This document shows, piece after piece, positions 8,057 through 16,183 of a stretch of DNA of 32,000 nt. Under the pieces are notes generated by a model. That model was given only the letters and a program-made list of their open reading frames with translations. It was not told the origin of the DNA and ran no database searches. Origin of the DNA: Desulfovibrio inopinatus DSM 10711 (lineage in GTDB: Bacteria > Desulfobacterota > Desulfovibrionia > Desulfovibrionales > Desulfovibrionaceae). Position numbers and translations under genes: made by a program. The stretch covers positions 1 to 32,000 of the forward strand of contig NZ_AUBP01000029.1 in assembly GCF_000429305.1 (NCBI RefSeq), written 5' to 3'. Numbering within the stretch: position 1 is the first letter of the stretch; each line of letters opens with the position of its first letter.

Positions 8057-8289
8057 CCATCATGGGGCCCATCTCCAGTGCCTGTCCCGTCACCTGGTCC
8101 GTAGCCGCCTCCGCCCGAGCCATTTCCAAAACCGCCATGTGCGAGGAGCAACGGGAGTTGTCCAGTGTTCGAGGTGGCGATTTGGGGGATATCGTTCATG
8201 TTGAATGACTTGGCGGCTATGCTCTCCAGGGGGAGAGACATAATGCCGATCATGGCGCACAAGGTGGCGCAAGCGATTGTTTTTTTCAT
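8020..8289 (-). CDS. Small secreted Gly/Asp-rich protein (89 aa)
   Basis: GGAGG lies 8 nt upstream of the ATG. The signal peptide is MKKTIACATLCAMIGIMSLPLESIAA. The mature part ends in HGGFGNGSGGGGYGPGDGTGTGDGPHDGTGNGPGDCTTS. A strong terminator lies downstream. Confidence 0.7.
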   Translation of the reverse strand: MKKTIACATLCAMIGIMSLPLESIAAKSFNMNDIPQIATSNTGQLPLLLAHGGFGNGSGGGGYGPGDGTGTGDGPHDGTGNGPGDCTTS

Positions 8290-8654
8290 GATGGGACCTC
8301 CGTGTTTTATTGGTGACTTTTGAATGGTCTATGCAAGTTTTCCTTAAAAGGTCACACGGCTTTCCCTTAAAAAATGCTTGGGGGTGGGTGTCTCCATCTG
8401 ATTGCATGCGGGAGCGACACGAAATCCGTATAAATCCGGCGTTCAATTTTGCTCAGTGACGCATTTGAGAGGCTTGGATTGAAGTAAACTCACCAAACCA
8501 ACCGAACGAAAGCGGGCAATCGAGTTAAAGAGATTCTGAGTGTGTTCGCGATGTGTGGAAGGAATTCTTTTTGCTGAAGATGCTTTTATTAAGTGACCTC
8601 ATGAACTCACGCTGTAAAACTGAATGGGCTCTTGCCCTTTTCTACCATTGCACG

Positions 8655-10295
8655 TTATCCAGAGAGTCCCCCTCTATATTCTTGCTTGGTCAAAAGCTCT
8701 CCCGGTTTCTTTTCACGCAATTTTGCGCGGGCTTGTTCAAAAGCTGGATCATGCCAGAAATGAAGGCACCCATTGCACCCGCACCCACAACAGCCATCAC
8801 GGCCAAGCGCGGGGCCTTTCCCCTTGGAGACAGGAGGCGCCTCTTTTTGCGTTCGTTTGTAATGGGTAAGCCTTTTTTGATACGCGGCTTCGGGCGCTTG
8901 CCCCATTTCTACCGCTTGGGCGGTGAGGTCCATTTTTAGTCGTTGTTGCTCTTGATCCGAGAGCATGCGGCGTTTCCGCACGATGGTATAGGGCGGGAAA
9001 TCTTTGGCTAATCGCGCAGGATCCTCCTCATGCAGCCACGCAAAAGGTATTTTCAAAAGGGGTTTTTCCCCCGCGTGAATAGCATCTTCATAAGTTTTGT
9101 CGTTGCGAACATCTTCAAACTGATAAATGCGCAGCCGCATTGGCGTGCGCACACTAGGCGCGATAAACTCCAGAACATCACCCGAGAGAATGCGATTTTT
9201 CACATCCAAATAAAAGGCATCATCCGTAACCTCGGTAATCAAACCGGCGAATTCATACGCAGCAAGCGTGTTCGTTCCTTCATAATCGTGCGCATGATGG
9301 GTCAAACGCCCTTCATGAAACGCGTGCGTATACCCCCGGACTGGGATAGTGCGCAATTCTTGCATATAGGGATCGGGGGACCAATGATCGGGATCTTTAT
9401 AAAATGCATCAATCGCCTGACGATAGGCTCGCGTTGTCACGGCCACGTAATAGGCGCTGCGGTTCCGTCCTTCGATCTTCAAAGAATCGATCTTGTTTTG
9501 TAAAATGGCCTCCAAATGCGGCATCAAACACAAATCTTTGCTATTGAGGATGTAGGCCCCTTTTTCATCCTCTTCAATCGGAAAAAATTCGCCAGGCCGT
9601 TCTTTTTCTTCCAAGAAAAATCGAAAAAGGTCCTTATTCTCATCCGTCAAGGTCAGTTCTTCCAGGGTGCCATCCGGTAACGCCACGTGCATTTTATATT
9701 GCCACCGACAGGAATTCGTACAATTCCCTTGGTTCGCGCCACGCTGCGCCAAAAAATTGGATAGAAGGCAACGTCCAGAATAGGTCATACACATCGCGCC
9801 ATGGATAAAAACTTCAAGCTTCACATCGGGGCAACGCGTTCTGATTTCGGTAAGTTCATGAAAAGAAACCTCGCGAGCCAGAACGACGAGATCCGCCCCC
9901 ATCTTTTTCCAGAAATCTACCGACAGATAGGAACAAACATTCGCCTGCGTTGATATATGGATTTCCAGATCGGGGGCATTTTCTTTAACAAACTGAAACA
10001 CACCCGGGTCCGCAATGATCACACCATCAGGCCGAACCTTCCGGATCGTTTCAATAAAAAGCGGCAGCTTTTCAATATCGCGATTATGCGAAAAAAGATT
10101 CAGCGTTAAATACGCTTTTTTCCCATGTGCATGAACAAGGCGCACGCCTTCAATCACCTGCTCTAACGAGAATTGCGAGCGTGTGCGCAAAGACATATCC
10201 GGCGTGCCCATATAAATGGCATCTGCGCCATAAAGAAGGGCAACCTTCAATTTTTCTAAAGACCCCGCAGGGACAAGAAGCTCACTTCGATGCAT
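8655..10295 (-). CDS. Peptidase-U32-family Fe-S protein (YegQ/TrhP/UbiU-type) with C-terminal Cys-rich extension
   Basis: The N-terminus ELLVPAGSLEKLKVALLYGADAIYMG is typical of U32. The Cys motif is intact as CMTYSGRC-x15-CTNSC (CX6CX15CX3C). An extra tail reads GCCGCGCNGCLHFWHD. Confidence 0.85.
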   Translation of the reverse strand: MHRSELLVPAGSLEKLKVALLYGADAIYMGTPDMSLRTRSQFSLEQVIEGVRLVHAHGKKAYLTLNLFSHNRDIEKLPLFIETIRKVRPDGVIIADPGVFQFVKENAPDLEIHISTQANVCSYLSVDFWKKMGADLVVLAREVSFHELTEIRTRCPDVKLEVFIHGAMCMTYSGRCLLSNFLAQRGANQGNCTNSCRWQYKMHVALPDGTLEELTLTDENKDLFRFFLEEKERPGEFFPIEEDEKGAYILNSKDLCLMPHLEAILQNKIDSLKIEGRNRSAYYVAVTTRAYRQAIDAFYKDPDHWSPDPYMQELRTIPVRGYTHAFHEGRLTHHAHDYEGTNTLAAYEFAGLITEVTDDAFYLDVKNRILSGDVLEFIAPSVRTPMRLRIYQFEDVRNDKTYEDAIHAGEKPLLKIPFAWLHEEDPARLAKDFPPYTIVRKRRMLSDQEQQRLKMDLTAQAVEMGQAPEAAYQKRLTHYKRTQKEAPPVSKGKGPALGRDGCCGCGCNGCLHFWHDPAFEQARAKLREKKPGELLTKQEYRGGLSG

Positions 10296-11325
10296 GCTTT
10301 TCTTCCAATGCTTTCGTTCTATTCGTTTTAGAACACGTTTTTCATGTAAGGGCGTTCACCAGATGGGGTTCCCGCCTTCGCGGCGGATGACGATTTGCAA
10401 CAGAACATGATCGAGTGCAGCCATCGACCGAGAGATAAAATTTACACTAACACGATATTCGAGATGCATTTCACCTGACAAACACTTCTACACCCTGGCC
10501 TAACATACCAAGATATAACATGATAAAATATAAAAAGTGTAAAGATTACATAAGGACCATTACGCGGCAGGAACATTATACAAGAAATAGCGCGGACTTT
10601 CCCATAGGCTGGGCCTATTGATCGAAACAAACGGCTTTTCGTGCAACATGTAATACGATTAAAGCAGAAAGTGTTATTTGTTCAGACTGATCTCTAAACC
10701 GCTTTCATGATGATTAAGACAACAGGTTGCTACACCCGGCAAAGGATCAGCCCGAACGTCCACACGATACGTCAAGCCGGAAATACTGACAACGCGAAAA
10801 AACGTCTTCTAGCAATCCCCTTCCTTCTGTCTCGATGTTAACCCCATAATTCTCTGACATTGGCTCATTTATTTAATCTTAATCATAATGTAACTTCCAC
10901 TAAAATCATTTGGAGACCATGGACCGACAAAATCTGGTGGAATCTTCTGGTTCAAATTAGGCCAGCTCTCTTTCCACCATATTTCTAACGTCCTAGAGAA
11001 ATAGTGGATTTAATCACTCTCCATAGAAAAATGCTTCTAGGAACGTTCTTTTGTCCAAGCATGAATGTTTTATCGTATTATGATCTTTTAAATAGCTGCA
11101 TAAATGTTTCAGTAGCCCTCAACTGTCGCCGTATTTTTTTGGGTAAAAAATCTGCATACGTTACCGTCCACCATGTGACGTGTTCATAATCATTAAATGT
11201 AAGTAATTTCGTTAATATAATAATATACGTGCATCAAACATAAATCTTAACCGCAAAATATACATGATTTATATCTATAAATGAGATGTCATGAATTGTC
11301 CTTGCAAAGTACAAAAGAGATAGAT

Positions 11326-11958
11326 ATGTCAGCAGAAGAATTTCAGCCTGAAGAAGTAAAAGAAGTATGGAAACATACTTGGCAAAAACTCCATCGACGT
11401 AATATTGCCTATACTCGATGTGTACACAATGCCCTGCTACCTCCTTTTTCTGATGGATTCATCAAATTTCTTTATAGTGTTCCGCTATCGATTTTTGTAA
11501 CCGTCTTTCATTTCTTCACCCCACAATCAACAATGACTTGGGGGGTGTTGTTCACGTTATGTGCAGTTTTTGCAGTCCCTCTTCTTGTTCTTCAAACGAA
11601 ACGTTCTTGTCCGGCAGATTGGGTTTTTTCAGGCGTTAATTGTTATTTCGTCATCGTCGCGTTTGTTTTCTGGTTGGGCCCATATTGGCTCAATCATTTC
11701 TTTGAGCAGACTCAGGTAACTGGAATGTTGTGTGTCATATTTATTGCTTCTGTCTTTGCAACAGCACAATATAGTATCAAGGGCTGGTTCATGACGTATT
11801 CGCAGTCAATACCGATTTCCAGAATAATACTTCTTCCTGCTGTCTGCCTAGTCTCCATTTCATTGAGCACATTGCCGTTTAAACAGAGAATCATAACGGA
11901 ATTTATTCCATTTACATTGCTATTCTGGGCTGATTGGCGTAGTCGAACTTCGATATAA
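11326..11958 (+). CDS. Hypothetical integral membrane protein (about 6 TM)
   Basis: Hydrophobic segments include LSIFVTVFHFF, WGVLFTLCAVFAVPLLVL, NCYFVIVAFVFWLGPYW, MLCVIFIASVFATA, ILLPAVCLVSISL and FIPFTLLFWADW. The start is ambiguous between 11281 and 11326. The gene is AT-rich relative to the neighbouring operon. Confidence 0.55.
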   Translation: MSAEEFQPEEVKEVWKHTWQKLHRRNIAYTRCVHNALLPPFSDGFIKFLYSVPLSIFVTVFHFFTPQSTMTWGVLFTLCAVFAVPLLVLQTKRSCPADWVFSGVNCYFVIVAFVFWLGPYWLNHFFEQTQVTGMLCVIFIASVFATAQYSIKGWFMTYSQSIPISRIILLPAVCLVSISLSTLPFKQRIITEFIPFTLLFWADWRSRTSI

Positions 11959-11988
11959 ACGAAACGCAAAGATGGGAAGCGAATATCT

Positions 11989-12621
11989 ATGGTTCGGAAC
12001 CGAAAGCTTGGTTTGAGTTCTCTCAAAATAGTTTTGTTTTTAATGTGGCTGCTCTGGAGCGGTGTGGCTGTTGCCGGTCAAGAAGCAGAACAACAACAGT
12101 CGAAAGCAACGGATAATACCCAGTTCGCTTCACAAACCGAAGAACACGTCCCCAACCGATACGGCATGGCGCTGAGCTACGGTTCGGCTTTCAATTCTTC
12201 AGAACCATTGTATTTCGGAATGGGAACTGTATTCGCGACGTTCGATTATGAAAACATCTGGCATCATCCGGCACCCGATGGATTGCGCTTTAAAGTAGAA
12301 GCGAGCGCGGGCGGTGCAGACAAGGGCTTTCTCGCTTCCTTGTCCATGTTTGCTCAATATTTCCCCCCGTTTTTTCAATCAGATTCGGTCATGCCCTATG
12401 CTGAATTGGGTATTGGTGGCATTTACACCGATTTTCAACTGCACAACCAAGGCCTCAAAGTAAACTTTTGTCCCCAAGTGAGCATTGGGTCAGACTTTGA
12501 AACACAATCGGGACATCGATTTTTTGGAGCCATACGATTGCAACACATTTCTAATGCCAATCTTCACCCGCAGAACCGAGGCATTAATTCGACCGTTTTT
12601 CTTATAGGGATGTATTTTTAA
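11989..12621 (+). CDS. PagL-like acyloxyacyl hydrolase / lipid A 3-O-deacylase family outer-membrane protein
   Basis: The signal peptide is MVRNRKLGLSSLKIVLFLMWLLWSGVAVAG. The pattern alternates like a beta-barrel. The C-terminal catalytic-type motif is RLQHISNA (H-x-S-N), ending with an aromatic ...IGMYF. Confidence 0.7.
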   Translation: MVRNRKLGLSSLKIVLFLMWLLWSGVAVAGQEAEQQQSKATDNTQFASQTEEHVPNRYGMALSYGSAFNSSEPLYFGMGTVFATFDYENIWHHPAPDGLRFKVEASAGGADKGFLASLSMFAQYFPPFFQSDSVMPYAELGIGGIYTDFQLHNQGLKVNFCPQVSIGSDFETQSGHRFFGAIRLQHISNANLHPQNRGINSTVFLIGMYF

Positions 12622-13786
12622 GAACTTCCCCGGTTGCTTTTTCCCAATTACAGATTTTTCCCATGCCATTGATCGGCAATGTGCGTCCACTTGCAATATA
12701 TCGTGGCATTTGCTCCGGCTTGAGAATTTTTGCCAAGTCCTGTCGCAAGCGGTTGGTATCGGTTGGACTGAGACTGCTCCCATGAGCTGGGACAACAAAC
12801 GCTTTGAGGCGCTCGGAGCCGGAACTGTCGAGACGGACAGTACACAGTTTTACGAGTGGATGCTCAGCAATGATGCTCGCAATGTGCTCCGGATAGACGT
12901 TGATACCAGCGACTTGAACAGCTTTGTCTTTTCGTCCTAAAGGCAAAAAGCGACGAGAATCTTTCCACTGCACGTCATCAGGGAAAGGAAGTCGCTGTAT
13001 ACCTTGACCGGGTACATTACGAATGAGTCCAAATACATTTTCAGGATCACGTTGCCAATGGGGCATAAGATCAAATGGCTCATCGGGATGTGATCGCATT
13101 CCTAAAGCGCCGGTCTCAGATGAACCGAAGACTTCTCTCATGTGATGGAGCCCTGCGGCCTCAAGATCATAAATAACGTCTGCGGGACAGGGGCCGGTCG
13201 ACGTTATCCCCGTCACAGAGTCAGGAAAGCGGCGGCCAATACGCGCCACAGCCTTCCAAAATAAGGGAAAACCAACAACAACATCTCCTGGCCGTAATAT
13301 CTCAAAAAAATCGGTTGTAGGCACAGGAGCAAGGCATCGCGTTCCAATAGCGAGTTCTTGAGGGAGGACGAGTGCAAACATGAATCCGTAAAGATGGTAG
13401 CGTGGAACAACGGCCACGACGTTTTTGACGCCGGGGAACAACGGAATAAGCTGACGGACTTCCTGCGAAATCGCCTGTAAAGAATGATCAACCGCGACAG
13501 GTGTTCCCGTACTGCCCGATGTCACAAAACGAATGCCTACCGGATGAGCGGACAACGCCTGAACGATACATTCCGCCATCGCGTCGACTCCACCACATCG
13601 ATGCAGCTCTGCTTGCGCTTCGGTATTGAGCCGAAAAAAAGTTGCCATATCGTCAAGCAAGAGTCGCCATACGTTCATGCTCGGTTCTATTGAGGAAGCA
13701 TTCTCATCAAGACTGTACTTTATTCGAATGGTGTCCTCTATGAGAGCAATGACATGTTTTTTTTCAAATCGAAACGCGCCTGTCAT
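12602..13786 (-). CDS. ANL-superfamily AMP-dependent ligase (ApeH-like starter-activating enzyme)
   Basis: Motifs are TSGSTGTP (A3), GSSETG (A5) and GRKDKAVQVAGINVYP (A8). An ATGA overlap joins it to the upstream gene at 13783-13786. Confidence 0.8.
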   Translation of the reverse strand: MTGAFRFEKKHVIALIEDTIRIKYSLDENASSIEPSMNVWRLLLDDMATFFRLNTEAQAELHRCGGVDAMAECIVQALSAHPVGIRFVTSGSTGTPVAVDHSLQAISQEVRQLIPLFPGVKNVVAVVPRYHLYGFMFALVLPQELAIGTRCLAPVPTTDFFEILRPGDVVVGFPLFWKAVARIGRRFPDSVTGITSTGPCPADVIYDLEAAGLHHMREVFGSSETGALGMRSHPDEPFDLMPHWQRDPENVFGLIRNVPGQGIQRLPFPDDVQWKDSRRFLPLGRKDKAVQVAGINVYPEHIASIIAEHPLVKLCTVRLDSSGSERLKAFVVPAHGSSLSPTDTNRLRQDLAKILKPEQMPRYIASGRTLPINGMGKICNWEKATGEVLKNTSL

Positions 13787-14733
13787 ATTGATTTTCTTAC
13801 GGATTGAGGCAAGGAGCGAGCTCGCCAGCAGCCGTACCCGCCAAGCTGGTCTTCACACACGAAACGAGTTTGCCGCATATTGCCATCGATGTTGGGAACG
13901 GACTGTCCTTGGAGTGCCAGCGCAACAAGAATGAGATCGAAACCGACGGCTGTTGGTGACGTGCCGAGGCAAAAGCCGTTCGATTCTGTTGCTTGAGCTG
14001 AAAAAAAGATTGTATTGACGTCGTCGTCACATGTCGGAGAAGCTCCATTGCCGCAATCGATTTGGTCAATCAGGCAATATCCGGGGACGTTGCCTTCAGG
14101 AACCAGACAGAAAAACGATGCCGTATCGGCAAGCGGACCGCGAAAACGTTGTATAGCTGGAGCCGCGTTTTGTTCCTGTTCAAAACGATCAGCGATAACC
14201 GATAACAGTGGCGCGTACTCATCGACGGCTCCGAGAAGAACTCGATCAACGAGTCCGGACGCCAACCAATCATGGGCCACGAGGAGACCAGCAGCCATAG
14301 ATGTCTCAAATTGACAAAGCGTAATGCATGGCCCGTCGAGGTTACATTGTCTGGCCAGACCTGCGGCCGGCATGTTGTGAACCGATTGGGAAAACGCCAA
14401 TGGGGAAGCAAGGTCGGGGCCATACTCAATCATCGAATCCATCATGGCGAATGTGGCATGGAGTGGGCCGTATCCTGTTGTCATGACAAGTCCAGTTCTC
14501 GCGGAAACGTCTTCACCTGCATCTCGTATTGCTTGTTGAGCAGCCCACAAAGCAAGCTGTGAGAAATGATCCATACGCCGTAGATCGCGAGGCGATGCAA
14601 TCGTCGTTAAAATCGAGGTGTCCGCGACAGCAGGTTCTTGGATCGGGGTATCCGCTCCAGCAGCTTGGCACAAAGAAGCTGAATCTGTACCAAACCACCC
14701 CATAACGCCAAGACCGGTAATAACCATATTCAT
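13783..14733 (-). CDS. Ketosynthase-like partner lacking the catalytic Cys (chain-length-factor-like, ApeC-like)
   Basis: The start MNMVITGLG at 14733 is ATGA-coupled to the KS stop. The active-site stretch GPCITLCQFETSM aligns with the neighbouring KS's GPCQTVVNACASG, placing Glu where the Cys should be. It is only 316 aa and has no HxTGT/GH motifs. Confidence 0.8.
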   Translation of the reverse strand: MNMVITGLGVMGWFGTDSASLCQAAGADTPIQEPAVADTSILTTIASPRDLRRMDHFSQLALWAAQQAIRDAGEDVSARTGLVMTTGYGPLHATFAMMDSMIEYGPDLASPLAFSQSVHNMPAAGLARQCNLDGPCITLCQFETSMAAGLLVAHDWLASGLVDRVLLGAVDEYAPLLSVIADRFEQEQNAAPAIQRFRGPLADTASFFCLVPEGNVPGYCLIDQIDCGNGASPTCDDDVNTIFFSAQATESNGFCLGTSPTAVGFDLILVALALQGQSVPNIDGNMRQTRFVCEDQLGGYGCWRARSLPQSVRKSI

Positions 14734-15935
14734 ATTCCATCTCCCAAAGACAGAAACAGGACGGAATTGACACCTCCAAAAGCAAGCGATGTGGATATAG
14801 CCCAATTTCCGGTAATGGATGTCGTGTGCGTCACGGGATGGACTGGTAATGCGGGATCGGGTGTTGAGCACCGCGTGTTTCCGGGAAGAGCGCCCTGCTC
14901 CAAACTGACAACAGTGAAAATCGCTTCTATGGCACCGGCGGCTCCAAGTGTGTGTCCAGTATAGCCTTTGGTGGCACAAAGAGGAACGTCAGGACACAGA
15001 TTTCCATAGACACACGATTCGACGGCGTCATTATCTTTGGTCCCTGTCCCATGCGTATTGATAAATGCGGCACTGGTCACTTTGAGATCGGCCGCGTCTG
15101 CCGCCTGTGTGAGAGCGGCAGCCAGCCCCCTCCCTTCGGGGTGGGGCTTTGTCGGATGATATGCATCGCCGGCCGTGGCATATGCCTGTACCATCGCCCG
15201 AGCCTGTGCGCCTCGCATTGCTGCGTGCTGTTCAGATTCGAGAACAACCATACCAGCCCCTTCTCCGAGATTGAGCCCCTGTCGGTCTGCATCAAACGGT
15301 TTTACAGGGTTCTCATCCACAATGAGCAACCGGCCAAAGCCGGTCATGGTGAATTCGGAGAGTTCGTCGGTCCCTCCGGCAAGAACCACATCACACAATC
15401 CTTGACGAATCCATGCAGCCCCCAAACCAATGGCATCGGTGCCAGAGGCACACGCGTTGACAACAGTCTGGCAAGGACCGTGCACATCAAAATGTCGCGC
15501 GAGCCATAACGCGGGATTGACGGCAAGCCAGCGCTGAACAGCAAACAGTTCGGGATCGCGCCCGGCGCGTTGATTTCGATAAAACGACATGAGATTAACG
15601 CTCGCTCCAACCGATGTCCCGATACTGACTCCAATACGTCGACCTGCAAGTTCCTCTGGATGAAAGCCGGCATTTGTCAGGGCTTCCCAAGCTGAGTGCT
15701 TTGCGAAAAGCGTTGAGAGTGAGCTGTACCGCATGTCGGAATCGGTCACGAATGAAGCGCGAACGGATTCGGGAACGGCAAATACCGGGCTTGGCCGAGT
15801 GGGACCGCCGGGAACGGACAGACTGTGTGGAAGATTTGGCTCACCAAAAAGCTTTTTCACGCATGCGTTAAGATCAAATCCTTGAGCGCATAGACACCCC
15901 ATGCCCGTTATGACAGGAATGGGCTGTGGACTCAT
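14730..15935 (-). CDS. Beta-ketoacyl-ACP synthase (KS-C, ApeO-like)
   Basis: Motifs VVNACASGTDAIG (Cys), INTHGTGT (His) and KGYTGHTLGAAG (His). The start is ATGA-coupled to the ACP stop at 15932-15935. Confidence 0.9.
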   Translation of the reverse strand: MSPQPIPVITGMGCLCAQGFDLNACVKKLFGEPNLPHSLSVPGGPTRPSPVFAVPESVRASFVTDSDMRYSSLSTLFAKHSAWEALTNAGFHPEELAGRRIGVSIGTSVGASVNLMSFYRNQRAGRDPELFAVQRWLAVNPALWLARHFDVHGPCQTVVNACASGTDAIGLGAAWIRQGLCDVVLAGGTDELSEFTMTGFGRLLIVDENPVKPFDADRQGLNLGEGAGMVVLESEQHAAMRGAQARAMVQAYATAGDAYHPTKPHPEGRGLAAALTQAADAADLKVTSAAFINTHGTGTKDNDAVESCVYGNLCPDVPLCATKGYTGHTLGAAGAIEAIFTVVSLEQGALPGNTRCSTPDPALPVHPVTHTTSITGNWAISTSLAFGGVNSVLFLSLGDGI

Positions 15936-16183
15936 GACGTGCGTTCCTCGATAAAACGAGCGAGGGCCGAAATCGATGCGAACGCTTCTTTTCCCTCTTC
16001 CATATTCTTGATTTCACAGTGGAATTCTCGCTGCACCAATACAACGACCTCAACGGCATCTAAAGAATCCAATCCAAGGCCTTCGCCAAAAAGCGGGCTG
16101 TCGTCATCAATGTCAGCAACCGAAACTCCAGTGAGATGGAGTCCGGAAATAAGCATTTCTTTAAGCCGTGTCTTTATGTCCAT
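15932..16183 (-). CDS. Acyl carrier protein (ACP-2)
   Basis: MDIKTRLKEMLISGLHL...GEGLGLDSLDAVEVVVLVQREF carries the DSLD phosphopantetheine site. The start is uncertain (16183, 16195 or 16198); all options overlap the end of the upstream gene. Confidence 0.8.
   Translation of the reverse strand: MDIKTRLKEMLISGLHLTGVSVADIDDDSPLFGEGLGLDSLDAVEVVVLVQREFHCEIKNMEEGKEAFASISALARFIEERTS

Noticed and set aside
8553-8939. Plus-strand ORFs overlapping the 3' end of the U32 gene
   Set aside because: They are antisense to a strongly supported CDS and have no motifs or RBS.
10800-13000. A search for a direct repeat of the tRNA-Ser 3' end that would mark the far island boundary
   Set aside because: Nothing convincing was found by eye. 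The superficial GGAGAGGGA similarity at 6892-6900 belongs to the 9-bp tandem repeat. The island idea is therefore kept only as a low-confidence hypothesis.
13783-14979. The listed 398-aa ORF, which would give the CLF-like protein an 82-aa N-terminal extension overlapping KS-C
   Set aside because: The extension lies entirely inside the KS-C coding frame and is Cys/His/Arg-rich nonsense. The internal ATG at 14733 forms an ATGA junction with the KS-C stop and begins with the canonical KS N-terminus MNMVITGLG.
14952-15509. Many plus-strand ORFs of 60-220 aa inside the operon (for example 14952-15509, 17211-17882, 20577-21107, 21978-22640, 24868-25443, 29456-29938)
   Set aside because: They are antisense shadows of well-supported minus-strand genes. 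They lack RBSs, are Arg/Ser/Cys-rich, and have no recognisable motifs.
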